The notes below the pieces were generated by a model that saw nothing but the letters and a program-made list of their open reading frames with translations, was not told the DNA's origin and did no database searches. Shown piece by piece: positions 9,827-18,593 of a stretch of DNA of 64,000 nucleotides. How positions within the stretch are numbered: the first letter of the stretch is position 1; the number at the start of each line of letters is the position of its first letter. The position numbers were made by a program, and so were the translations under genes. Where the stretch lies: NCBI GenBank assembly GCA_963662285.2, contig CAXXMV010000001.1, positions 96,001-160,000 of the forward strand, in the 5' to 3' direction. Source of the DNA: a bacterium. Lineage in GTDB: Bacteria > Hinthialibacterota > Hinthialibacteria > Hinthialibacterales > Hinthialibacteraceae.

Positions 9827-11140
9827 TCATACAATCCAGGGATCGCGCTTGGTCAATGACAGCATTTTGTTGGCTTCGTCATCATTGATGAAGCATTCTT
9901 TTATTGGATCCCATTTCAATTTACGGTTCAATTGCTTGGCGATGCCGCCGAGTAACATAACGCTGGCGGAGTGATGGGCTACGTTGACATTACAGATGGT
10001 TTGCTTACGGGTTTTGATGCATTCCAGGAAATTGCCCGAATGGCTGTCGCTGTGATAGACCTGGATATTATTGGCGCCCAGCGGCTTTTCAAGGATGCTG
10101 GGGGGTTTGGAAAGCAGATGTTCACGGTCGACGCCGATGCAGCCTTCTGATCCGAAATACCACCCGCCGCCGGTTTCACCGATTTTGTCGTCTTGATAGG
10201 GACGGCCATAAACTTTAACGCCATTCGCGTATACATAGACGGCGCTGCCATTTTCGATGCTGATCTCAACCGGGCCGGTTTTATCTGCATCCAGACACCA
10301 TTGTACAATATCATAATGATGCTGCCCCCAATTGATCCCGCCAAAACCAAATAAGTGAGCGTCTGAGCGGCCCTGATAGGGCATATCGGGCGCTGGTCCG
10401 AGCCATAAATCCCAATCCAATTCTTTGGGGATGGGTTGTTCCGCTTCGTGAGTTGTAGGCCAGATGGCGCCGCCGCCGTCGCGGAATGTATATATCTCTT
10501 TCAAATCGCCGATCCGTTGATTGCGCATGTACTCGCAGGCCACCCTGAACCGGGCGTCATATTCTGAGCGCTGCTGGGTTCCCGCCTGAAAGATGCATTT
10601 GTTTTCGGTGACGGCTTTAACCATCGCCTGACTTTCCGCGATGCAGACCGAGGTCGGTTTTTCGCAATAAATATCTTTCCCGGCTTTGGCGGCCAAGATC
10701 GCCATAGTGGCGTGCCAGTGGATGGGAGTGGCGATAAGAACGGCGTCTATATCTTTACGCGCCAGCACCTCACGGAAATCTTTATAGGCGGTAACTGATT
10801 GATATTCGCCTTTTTGATAGCGCTTGGCATAGAACTTATTAGCGCGGTAGCGAGAAACCTCACGCTTATTTTCCCAAACATCGCAAACCGCCAGGGTTTG
10901 AACGTCTTTACGTCCTATATATCCTTCGGGAAGATATGTCCATGCCTCGCCGAATAGATGCCCGTTGCCCATAGTTCCCATGCCGATAAAGGCCATGGTG
11001 ATCCGTTCGCTCGGCGCAACAGATTTATCGAGTCCCAGCGCGGAAGATGGTATTACGCTTGGCGCAGCCAAGGCCATTCCTACCAGGCTTCCACTATATT
11101 TGAGAAAATTCCGGCGTTTGATATTTTTGGATTGATCCAT
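9827..11140 (-). CDS. Gfo/Idh/MocA oxidoreductase, Tat-exported
   Basis: KRRNFLK Tat motif, IGMGTMG, ATPIHWH, YCEKP, GTQQRS, DWDLWLGPAP. Confidence 0.93.
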   Translation of the reverse strand: MDQSKNIKRRNFLKYSGSLVGMALAAPSVIPSSALGLDKSVAPSERITMAFIGMGTMGNGHLFGEAWTYLPEGYIGRKDVQTLAVCDVWENKREVSRYRANKFYAKRYQKGEYQSVTAYKDFREVLARKDIDAVLIATPIHWHATMAILAAKAGKDIYCEKPTSVCIAESQAMVKAVTENKCIFQAGTQQRSEYDARFRVACEYMRNQRIGDLKEIYTFRDGGGAIWPTTHEAEQPIPKELDWDLWLGPAPDMPYQGRSDAHLFGFGGINWGQHHYDIVQWCLDADKTGPVEISIENGSAVYVYANGVKVYGRPYQDDKIGETGGGWYFGSEGCIGVDREHLLSKPPSILEKPLGANNIQVYHSDSHSGNFLECIKTRKQTICNVNVAHHSASVMLLGGIAKQLNRKLKWDPIKECFINDDEANKMLSLTKRDPWIV

Positions 11141-11349
11141 TGAACTCTATTCCTTTGCAGAGCGTTTGTTCCACATGCAGGCGATGCAGAAACATTTTAT
11201 ATATGGTTGAATTGATTCTCTCATAAAAAAGAGAGTCTTGTCAATCTGCCTTTTACTATAATTCACCTTAAAGAGAGGAGTAACTCCATTAACAGTATCG
11301 TATGCCTCTAAAGAGTTGAGCGTAGATCACATATTCTGGTAGTTTTTTT

Positions 11350-11379
11350 TTGACATGATCTAGTTTTGCATAGTATAAT
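11350..11379 (+). promoter_or_regulatory. sigma70 promoter with consensus hexamers
   Basis: TTGACA (11350-11355), 18-bp spacer, TATAAT (11374-11379), upstream of GGAG RBS and GTG at 11418. Confidence 0.75.
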
Positions 11380-11417
11380 GTTAAGGTAATTATTACCCGG
11401 GAATGGAGTAAGAAAAA

Positions 11418-11645
11418 GTGAAGACTGCAGAAGAATATATTATTGGCTTCAATAAGCTTCCCCCGGAAGAGAAACAAATAGTCGTTGACTTTGTGATCTC
11501 TACCGAGGAAGAGGTATTCAAGGAAACCAAATATTCAGAAGAAGATTTGGCTTTACTCGACCAACGTTATGAAGAAGCCAAAAAAGGGATCAATGTAGAT
11601 AGATTTTCCTCGATGGAAGAAGCGATTAACTCAAAACTAGTTTGA
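11418..11645 (+). CDS. small acidic protein, putative type II antitoxin/addiction-module component
   Basis: 75 aa; LPPEEKQIVVDFV and LLDQRYEEAKKG..VDRFSSMEEAI resemble addiction-module antitoxins; has its own promoter and RBS. Confidence 0.55.
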   Translation: MKTAEEYIIGFNKLPPEEKQIVVDFVISTEEEVFKETKYSEEDLALLDQRYEEAKKGINVDRFSSMEEAINSKLV

Positions 11646-11726
11646 ACAGAATTACTTATCTGTCGTTGGTCTATTATTGAATTTCCAGCATTACAATTAT
11701 TATTTGTAGAGAAGGATAAATCATTA

Positions 11727-12611
11727 CTAGGGAGTTGTAGAAGAATTAACACTACATGAATTCATTATTTCTATTTCAAGTTTTTTATTCTCAAGTAGTG
11801 ATGGTGGTTTAACTATTTCATTCCCAGTCGGTATCTGTGGTTCAATTAGGGATTCAGAGAGTTCAACATTACTTTGTGAATCTTTTAATTGCTCTCGTAT
11901 TTTATTGTTATTATTTTTCAACTCTCTTGAATCATTGTCGATAACCATAAAAGCACATAAAAGCATAAATGATAAAAGACCTAATGTAATAGCTCTACAT
12001 GAAGCTCTAAAGACTCCTATTCTATAGTTATTACACTCTGAAAGTTTGTCGCCACAGTGAAAAAACTCTTGTACAAAGAATCTCTTAACCTTATTAAGGT
12101 CAGCAAAAGACATGACTCTTTTCTGATTTGGGACGTAAACCGTTTGTACTCCAAAATGTACAAGAACAAGAAAGATCGCGCTTGTAATTAGTATTAAAGG
12201 AATTAAGATTAGCCATTTTATTTTTATATTTGGACTAACGAATGCAAGTGCAGTAATTAATAGAGCCGCTATGGTAAGAATAATCTTATTCTTCTCATCA
12301 ATGATTTGGCTTCTCTTTTCTTCATCATCATAATGGGAATGGGATGAACTTAATTGTATATCAAGAATCGCTGGATCAATTGACTCTTCGTTCTCTCCCA
12401 ATTGTTCGCTCTCTTCCCCTTGTTCTAAAGAAGTAAACATGCGATTTTTTTCTACTTCCTGATACGTATGTCCTGGATTAAGGATAAAGAGTAATATCCA
12501 AGTTATTCTATTTAAGCATTTTTCGTACCATTTCTCAAAAGTTTCAAATAATTTATTTATTCTATTGTTTAAGAGTATTAATAAAGGCATCTGAAATATT
12601 TGCTCCTCCAA
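11727..12611 (-). CDS. membrane protein (about 3 TM) in the graspetide locus; start uncertain (ATG at 12440 possible)
   Basis: Hydrophobic segments IILTIAALLITALAFV, WLILIPLILITSAIFLVLV, AITLGLLSFMLLCAFMVI; abuts or overlaps the ligase stop. Confidence 0.75.
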   Translation of the reverse strand: MEEQIFQMPLLILLNNRINKLFETFEKWYEKCLNRITWILLFILNPGHTYQEVEKNRMFTSLEQGEESEQLGENEESIDPAILDIQLSSSHSHYDDEEKRSQIIDEKNKIILTIAALLITALAFVSPNIKIKWLILIPLILITSAIFLVLVHFGVQTVYVPNQKRVMSFADLNKVKRFFVQEFFHCGDKLSECNNYRIGVFRASCRAITLGLLSFMLLCAFMVIDNDSRELKNNNNKIREQLKDSQSNVELSESLIEPQIPTGNEIVKPPSLLENKKLEIEIMNSCSVNSSTTP

Positions 12612-13515
12612 AAATATCTAGCCAAGCCCATTGTCCATTGGGGTTGATTTCAAAGAAATACCATTCCCCCAATTCTGTTACACCAAAGTCAAGTGCAGCA
12701 AATCGTAACTTGTAACTACGCAGAAGATTTCTTATAGCAATAGAAATCTTCATTGGTATATCGATTGGGAAATATTCCACATTATCCATATTATCGCGAC
12801 GAATGTCTAATTGTTCAATATTGTTTTTTAATCCCATGCCAACTAGAGTATTGTCAATTACTGTTACCCTGACATCAAATATCTTCTCTATTTGTGATTG
12901 GAAGAGAATAGGGCATGTGCTAATTTTTTCCAAGAGAATATGGTGTTCCTCTTTGAAAAGATTAGTATAGATAATTGTGTCGTTATCAAGATGATCTCTC
13001 TCAATGTAGCCACTAGCCAGAGGTTTCACGATTATGCCGTTTGGTTCTGAATGGATAAAATTTTTAGCTTCTTCAATGTTGTTTGTGACTATAGTTCGGG
13101 GAATCATCAAACCATATTTCTTAGCTCGACTTAATTGTTCGATCTTGTGGCTAGCACAAGAGTTTCGTGCAGGATGATTGATCCAATATTCTTCTTCAAT
13201 ATGCGCCAAAAATCCTTCAATTGATTCTGACCATTCCCCTGCAGTATGCATTTCTGCGTATTCATCTTCTATCTTTTCAATATTAATGGGCTTGGGTCTT
13301 CTTAAGATTACGGTTTTTATCTGTTCCGGTTGTATTGAATCAAAAGCCCATTTTAGGTTCAATGATTCAGGCTTGTAAGAAAATAACGATGTACAACAAT
13401 CAATATCTGTATTAAATCGGCAAAAAGGTAAATCATGCTCTTCTAGCCGCATGCAGAGATAATCTGATGTTGTATCTTCTGAATTTGTAAGTATAAAAAC
13501 CTTATTAGTGTTCAT
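12562..13515 (-). CDS. ATP-grasp peptide maturase (graspetide synthetase, MvdC/MvdD/RimK-like)
   Basis: WINHP...HKIEQL...GLMIPRTIVTN, IVKPL, PILFQSQIEK..DVRVTV, LDIRR, FAALDF, WYFFEINPNGQWAWLD. Confidence 0.93.
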   Translation of the reverse strand: MNTNKVFILTNSEDTTSDYLCMRLEEHDLPFCRFNTDIDCCTSLFSYKPESLNLKWAFDSIQPEQIKTVILRRPKPINIEKIEDEYAEMHTAGEWSESIEGFLAHIEEEYWINHPARNSCASHKIEQLSRAKKYGLMIPRTIVTNNIEEAKNFIHSEPNGIIVKPLASGYIERDHLDNDTIIYTNLFKEEHHILLEKISTCPILFQSQIEKIFDVRVTVIDNTLVGMGLKNNIEQLDIRRDNMDNVEYFPIDIPMKISIAIRNLLRSYKLRFAALDFGVTELGEWYFFEINPNGQWAWLDIFGGANISDAFINTLKQ

Positions 13516-13826
13516 GATTTGTGGGTTTGGGGTATAGAGAAAAAATTCCGATTGCTTTCGTCTTGGTCGTTCTCCTCTCGCGCTTCTGTAAGTGTTTTTG
13601 TTTGTAAATCTGTTTTGAGTGGCAACGCATTATAACTAGCGTTTTCTCTATTTTGTTCAGGTTCTTCCCGAGCTTTCGTAATCGTTTTAGATGCATTATA
13701 CATAAGCCTATAATCCTGTTGCCCTTGTTGTTTCGTTAGTGTTTTATTCCCTTCAGTAGAATCTTGTTTATCAGGAACTACCTTCTCTTCAAAAATGGAC
13801 CAAAATCTACTTTCAATCATTTTCAT
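13512..13826 (-). CDS. graspetide precursor peptide (multi-core)
   Basis: 104 aa with RBS GAGG; stop overlaps ligase start (ATGA). Repeats NKTLTKQQGQQD, SKTITKAREEPEQ, TKTLTEAREENDQD; leader-like RFWSIFEE. Confidence 0.85.
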   Translation of the reverse strand: MKMIESRFWSIFEEKVVPDKQDSTEGNKTLTKQQGQQDYRLMYNASKTITKAREEPEQNRENASYNALPLKTDLQTKTLTEAREENDQDESNRNFFSIPQTHKS

Positions 13827-14054
13827 TCCTCTCAGTTTTTTTAGATATGGTATCTTTCTAAAATTATTGTAGTTAGATTTTTAAACAATACTTCATTTGT
13901 ATAATTTATTATACACGACTTTATAATAATTATTATACAATGTCTAGTTTTCATAATATTTTCGTGTTAATAAAATATGTGGGAAAAATTACTTTTCAAA
14001 AGAATAGATATTAAATGAAGATTTATTTCAATCTAACGTTGAAACTGAAGGATT

Positions 14055-14089
14055 TGTTCAAAGCCCCAATATTTCGGAGGCTTTGAACA
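14055..14089. terminator. hairpin/terminator downstream of the 14131-15339 gene
   Basis: TGTTCAAAGCC...GGCTTTGAACA; same outer stem as 19858-19893. Confidence 0.6.
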
Positions 14090-14130
14090 TGAATTATTAA
14101 ATATGATATTTGGAGAAGCGCTCTAACAGT

Positions 14131-15339
14131 TTATTTTTCAAGAGCGCGTAATTTTTTAGTTGCCAGTTTCAAATCTATCGGGTGCACCTGATTTACGATC
14201 TCTTCACGCATGGCTTTTCCTGCTTCGGTTTGTTGGGGGTAGGATATAAAACCGAGTTGCAAATCGAGTTTCCTGGCCAGACGCCGCGTAATGGCCGGCC
14301 AAATCAAACCCAGGTCGCCGATAACCGGCAGACTGTTGGGCAGCCGGGCGAAGCCTGACATCTCCATGCGGAACGGGATTTTGAACATTTTGGTTTTGGG
14401 CTGCCCGTCAGCGATAGCTTTTTGAACGCTGCCGCCTTCCCTTTCGATCTGCCATGCTTTATCAAGAGCGGGATCTAAATCGATGCGGATGATGGTTTTG
14501 CCTTCGAGCGAATAGGTGGGGTGTCCCTGCCAGGCAGACCACATGCCATGTCCGGTATAACGTTCCAGTGGTCCGTCGTGAATCTCTTGAGTCAATGCCA
14601 CGCCGGATTCAATAATGATATCAGCTTCGCTAAGCAAATCAGCTAAACGGTTGGCTCGTTCGGTGATGCTGATGCTATCGCCGATGCATAGACCAACCAT
14701 CCCGCCGCCGATCAGTTGGGGAATGGTCACCATAACTGGAATGTTCTTTTTGGCGCCCATACCGATCATGGTTCGTTCGCTGGCGCCAAGCCCGGCGACC
14801 TCTTCAAAGCACATGCCGTGTGAACGAGCCAGCATGACGATTTCCATTGATACGCGTTCGAGCCATAGGCCAACCGGATAACCAAGATTACCCGCCGCCT
14901 TAATGATGGTTTTACCTTCGGCTTGCTTGAGCCGTTCCATCAATTCCCGGTCGATCGGCATATACTCTTCAATATCTTGGAGTACTTTCGGGCTGAGTTC
15001 AGTCAGTTCAAAGTCGCCGCCATAAGGTAATAGATGAGGCGATACGCCGACCGATTCGCCCTGACAGCGTTTGACCTTATCTAACGTCCCGCCCATTTCA
15101 TGAGCTATGACCGCAGAACTTGTGGTGACTCCATCAATAATGCCCAAACTCATTAGTTCGGCGATTAAGGTAGTGACGCCTTCATGGACGTTAGGGCCGC
15201 TGCCAGTGACCACTACTACCTTTTTGCCATTCTGTTTTGCGTTAACAATAAGATCAGCGGATTGATTAATCCGGTCTAAGGTTTTGGAATCTAATATTTC
15301 TTCCGATTTTTCAATAATCTGATTGTAATTCTTGTCCAT
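14131..15339 (-). CDS. hypothetical enzyme, possibly deoxyhypusine-synthase-like NAD-binding fold
   Basis: 402 aa directly downstream of kdsB; VVVVTGSGPNVHEGV...IIDGVTTSSAVIAHE resembles a DHS-like N-terminal region (inference). Confidence 0.6.
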   Translation of the reverse strand: MDKNYNQIIEKSEEILDSKTLDRINQSADLIVNAKQNGKKVVVVTGSGPNVHEGVTTLIAELMSLGIIDGVTTSSAVIAHEMGGTLDKVKRCQGESVGVSPHLLPYGGDFELTELSPKVLQDIEEYMPIDRELMERLKQAEGKTIIKAAGNLGYPVGLWLERVSMEIVMLARSHGMCFEEVAGLGASERTMIGMGAKKNIPVMVTIPQLIGGGMVGLCIGDSISITERANRLADLLSEADIIIESGVALTQEIHDGPLERYTGHGMWSAWQGHPTYSLEGKTIIRIDLDPALDKAWQIEREGGSVQKAIADGQPKTKMFKIPFRMEMSGFARLPNSLPVIGDLGLIWPAITRRLARKLDLQLGFISYPQQTEAGKAMREEIVNQVHPIDLKLATKKLRALEK

Positions 15340-15357
15340 GCTATATCGGCCTTCTTC

Positions 15358-16134
15358 TTACTTAAGATTACGTTCGAGCAACATTGCTTCCGCTCGTAGA
15401 GCATCCTCTTCAGTGTCAATATTGAATCCATGAAACTCAGTGTTTTGGCATTTAGACTCGATCACCCGTAACTTATAGCCGTTTTCAAGTACCCGTAATT
15501 GCTCTAATGACTCAATCTGCTCCAGAGGAGTAGGAGACAAACCAGCGAGTTTAATCAAAAAATCTTTGGTATAGACGTACATTCCAACGTGTTCAAATAC
15601 AGAATGGGCAAAATCTTTTTGAGGATAGGGAATCAAAGAACGGGAAAAATATAAAGCGTTGCCATGTAAATCTGTAACAACTTTTACAATCCCCGGATCA
15701 TGCATATCCGCTTCATTTTTGATGGGATGCATCAATGTACACATATTAATCGAATCATCATCAAGTAAGGGTTGTACGCCTTCATCAATCATGACGGGAT
15801 CAATAAAAGGCTGGTCACCCTGAATATTTACTACTATATCCATATCTATGGTTTGAACCGCCTCAGCTATGCGGTCCGTTCCGCTCACGTGATCAACTGA
15901 CGTCATAATGGCTTTACCACCGAAAGATTCAACTACAGACGATATGCGCTGATCGTCGGTGACAACATAAACCTCTTGCAGAGACGTACATTTTATCACT
16001 CGTTCATAAACTCTTTGAATCATGGGAACGCCTAGAATCGGCCTCAGCGCTTTTCCGGGCAACCGGGTTGATCCATATCGAGCAGGGATAAAACCTACAA
16101 CCTTTTTTTGATTCATAATCAATGTCCTTCTCAT
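15358..16134 (-). CDS. kdsB: 3-deoxy-manno-octulosonate cytidylyltransferase (CMP-Kdo synthetase)
   Basis: IPARYGSTRLPGKAL, SGTDR, VNIQGDQP, ALYFSRSLIP, HVGMY, ESLEQLRVLENG. Confidence 0.92.
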   Translation of the reverse strand: MRRTLIMNQKKVVGFIPARYGSTRLPGKALRPILGVPMIQRVYERVIKCTSLQEVYVVTDDQRISSVVESFGGKAIMTSVDHVSGTDRIAEAVQTIDMDIVVNIQGDQPFIDPVMIDEGVQPLLDDDSINMCTLMHPIKNEADMHDPGIVKVVTDLHGNALYFSRSLIPYPQKDFAHSVFEHVGMYVYTKDFLIKLAGLSPTPLEQIESLEQLRVLENGYKLRVIESKCQNTEFHGFNIDTEEDALRAEAMLLERNLK

Positions 16135-16141
16135 GCAATTT

Positions 16142-16190
16142 AAAAAAAATATATAGTCGCCGCCAGAAAGCTTCTAACGACGACTATATT
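16142..16190 (-). terminator. Rho-independent terminator
   Basis: ATATAGTCG...CGACTATAT stem followed by a T8 run on the minus strand. Confidence 0.6.
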
Positions 16191-16283
16191 AATAATATTG
16201 TACATCGCTTACCAGGAGGTTGAATCATATGTTGCTACTCTCATTTTTGAAAGAGAAAGCCACATTATTATTTGTCAATATCG

Positions 16284-17255
16284 TTATTCAATAGACCAAT
16301 CCGCCACAGCGGTTGGCTCTTCGCCAATAGCCCACTGTACGCAGCGTTGTAAAACTGCTTTGCCGGCAGGCGTCATATAATCCAGAACCACTACCCATTT
16401 CATTGGTTGTTCGGCTCCGTTAATAGGACGAACTTGTCCTCCACCGAAGAATGGCATTACCCTTCGGGCAGGAGCTGTTGTTCCATCAGAAAGTGCATCG
16501 CCCGCTTCAACTACGGCAAGAGCTGCCTTGGAAGGATCAGAAGTCCATACAGCCAGAACCTGGGTTCCTGAACCGGCGTTTGCGACTAAATCAGAAATTC
16601 CCTGCCATGCATCGCCTGGATTTTCTGGAGGTCCATCCGGGCCATCACCAAAAATAATGATTTCTTCTGGCAATCCTTTTGTCAAAGGATGAGTTTTACC
16701 AGCTTCGGTGAGCGTGATTGATTGTGCGCCTTCGCCACCCATGTCACCGCTTTGGTCGCCGCTAAAGATAAAAGTTGATCCCAGTTTGTTATCTCTGGAA
16801 CCGAGATTAGCATGTTCTCCCTGGATAACAGGTACAGGTACTTCTTTCAAAGCCGGGCCAATAGTTGACCAGCAGGTTCCTGTATTCCATATTAATGCAT
16901 ATCCTTCATCCTGGAAGAAAGTTGGATAAGCCATGTAGACGCCGTCATCCACCCAATTAAAATAATCGGCGTCATCACCAAGTGGAAATGGAACAAATCC
17001 TTCATTCATCATATATTGCACAACATAATCCGGCATGAGAATCGGGAAATATCCCCATTCTTGAGCAATGTATCTTAGAGTTTCGTCATCCATTGAAAAA
17101 TGAGGCATTACAGCGAAGTCTCTGTCAATTGTGTTGCCATCGCTGCCCGGCGCCCATGATATGCGTCCTGAAAGCGCAATTTTCTTGGGTTGCGCATCTG
17201 CAATAATTACGCTAAACGCCAAAAACAGAATGATAAAAGGCACTAGTTTTCTCAT
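16284..17255 (-). CDS. secreted hypothetical protein with C-terminal TAVADWSIE tail
   Basis: Signal peptide MRKLVPFIILFLAFSVIIADA, RBS GGGAG; family not recognised. Confidence 0.8.
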   Translation of the reverse strand: MRKLVPFIILFLAFSVIIADAQPKKIALSGRISWAPGSDGNTIDRDFAVMPHFSMDDETLRYIAQEWGYFPILMPDYVVQYMMNEGFVPFPLGDDADYFNWVDDGVYMAYPTFFQDEGYALIWNTGTCWSTIGPALKEVPVPVIQGEHANLGSRDNKLGSTFIFSGDQSGDMGGEGAQSITLTEAGKTHPLTKGLPEEIIIFGDGPDGPPENPGDAWQGISDLVANAGSGTQVLAVWTSDPSKAALAVVEAGDALSDGTTAPARRVMPFFGGGQVRPINGAEQPMKWVVVLDYMTPAGKAVLQRCVQWAIGEEPTAVADWSIE

Positions 17256-17393
17256 GATAATATTCTCCCTTTTTTATTTACTAAGATGATGTTTCAAGAA
17301 TTATTGTTGCATTAACTTTGTCGTTCTATTTATCTACATCTGTAAGCAAAAAACTTTTCTTTACCTCCTTTCAAATATTTTTTTAAAAATTCA

Positions 17394-18158
17394 TTAGGGA
17401 ATGATTACTTTTTCATCAAATTGTTCTTCAGATTCTTCATGAAATGCGTCCGAAAGCGTATTTCTGATATGATTCACCATGATGGTGATTGATTTCCCCG
17501 AATCCCGTTGAGCCAAGGCTTCTACAAGTTTCATGTGATCGGTCATATCTTTGCTGGTGGGCAATGTTCGATGATGGCCATCCAATGAGGATTCATTGAA
17601 ATATTCCACCAGAATTGCATGGAATTGCTCGGTGAATTCACAACCGGCGGCATTAAAGATTATTTGGTGGAACTCAACTTCCAGTTGGGCGATTTTCTCT
17701 TCAATTTCTCTTGTAATTGGTTGAGTTGAACTAAATAATTCCTGCATCTCTTCAGCCAGCTGACGCATGCGTTCTATCTGTTCATCTGTTGCCAGTTCTA
17801 TAGCTAAGGGAATCGATCCGATTTCCAATACAAACCGCAAATGACACAGCCTGTTCCAGGATTCTTTATCCCCGGCTATGGGCGCCAGAATTTTTTCGAT
17901 TTTATTAATGGCGTCGCCGTTGGTGACGCATAATCCCAGACCCTGCCGACTTTCAACGATGCCTAATCCCCGCAATTGCCCGATTGCTTCTCTGATTACA
18001 GTTCGAGATACCTTAAACTGAGCAGCTAACATCGCCTCGGTACCCAGTACAGTACCTGGCGTTTTATGCTTTTCCCGAATCCATTTGCTTAGGCGATTGG
18101 CAATCTCCGTGCTAAGGGCATTGCGGGAATGAAGTAAATCTCGAAGTTTTGATGTCAT
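17394..18158 (-). CDS. GntR/FadR-family transcriptional regulator (FCD domain)
   Basis: TEAMLAAQFKVSRTVIREA...GIVESRQGLG HTH; LRFVLE, EFHQII, DHMKLVEAL. Confidence 0.93.
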   Translation of the reverse strand: MTSKLRDLLHSRNALSTEIANRLSKWIREKHKTPGTVLGTEAMLAAQFKVSRTVIREAIGQLRGLGIVESRQGLGLCVTNGDAINKIEKILAPIAGDKESWNRLCHLRFVLEIGSIPLAIELATDEQIERMRQLAEEMQELFSSTQPITREIEEKIAQLEVEFHQIIFNAAGCEFTEQFHAILVEYFNESSLDGHHRTLPTSKDMTDHMKLVEALAQRDSGKSITIMVNHIRNTLSDAFHEESEEQFDEKVIIP

Positions 18159-18593
18159 TATTACCGATCTTTCAATATTTCCGGCTCATTTAATTAAGAA
18201 TTGTCACCTATCACTATTATTATTAACTCGATTGTATGATAATCTCATAATATGATAATAACGAATGATTCTCAAGAGCAGTTTCATAAATTGGATAAAT
18301 TTATTTAAACTATTTTTATTATGATTAAAGCGGTTTTTTTTAAACATGAATATAAACAATATTTCAATGTCTCCAATTGAAAAAACATTGAGTTAATTCC
18401 ATGCTTCTAGAGTAGTTATCATAATAATGTTCTGATTGGCGATTCGAAAAACCAGAAAAGATTGGCTTTTTCGAAGACCAAAAGTAATAATAAACGAACA
18501 TATTTTTGATAATCGCTCTAATATTCATGATTTTAGGATTAACCGCAATAATCTGTATTAAAAGCATATATAAGATAATGGAGAAAAAGATCG

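Noticed and set aside
4828-11140. Kanosamine (ntdABC-like) pathway from aminotransferase + HAD + Gfo/Idh/MocA
   Set aside because: The oxidoreductase is Tat-exported and separated by opposite-strand genes, and the HAD is beta-PGM-like rather than Cof-type.
13505-13696. 63-aa basic ORF overlapping the precursor
   Set aside because: Alternative frame of the precursor; the 104-aa frame has the RBS, the ATGA coupling and the core repeats.
18225-18265. Possible GntR operator (TATGATAAT twice)
   Set aside because: Very AT-rich context and no convincing palindrome.
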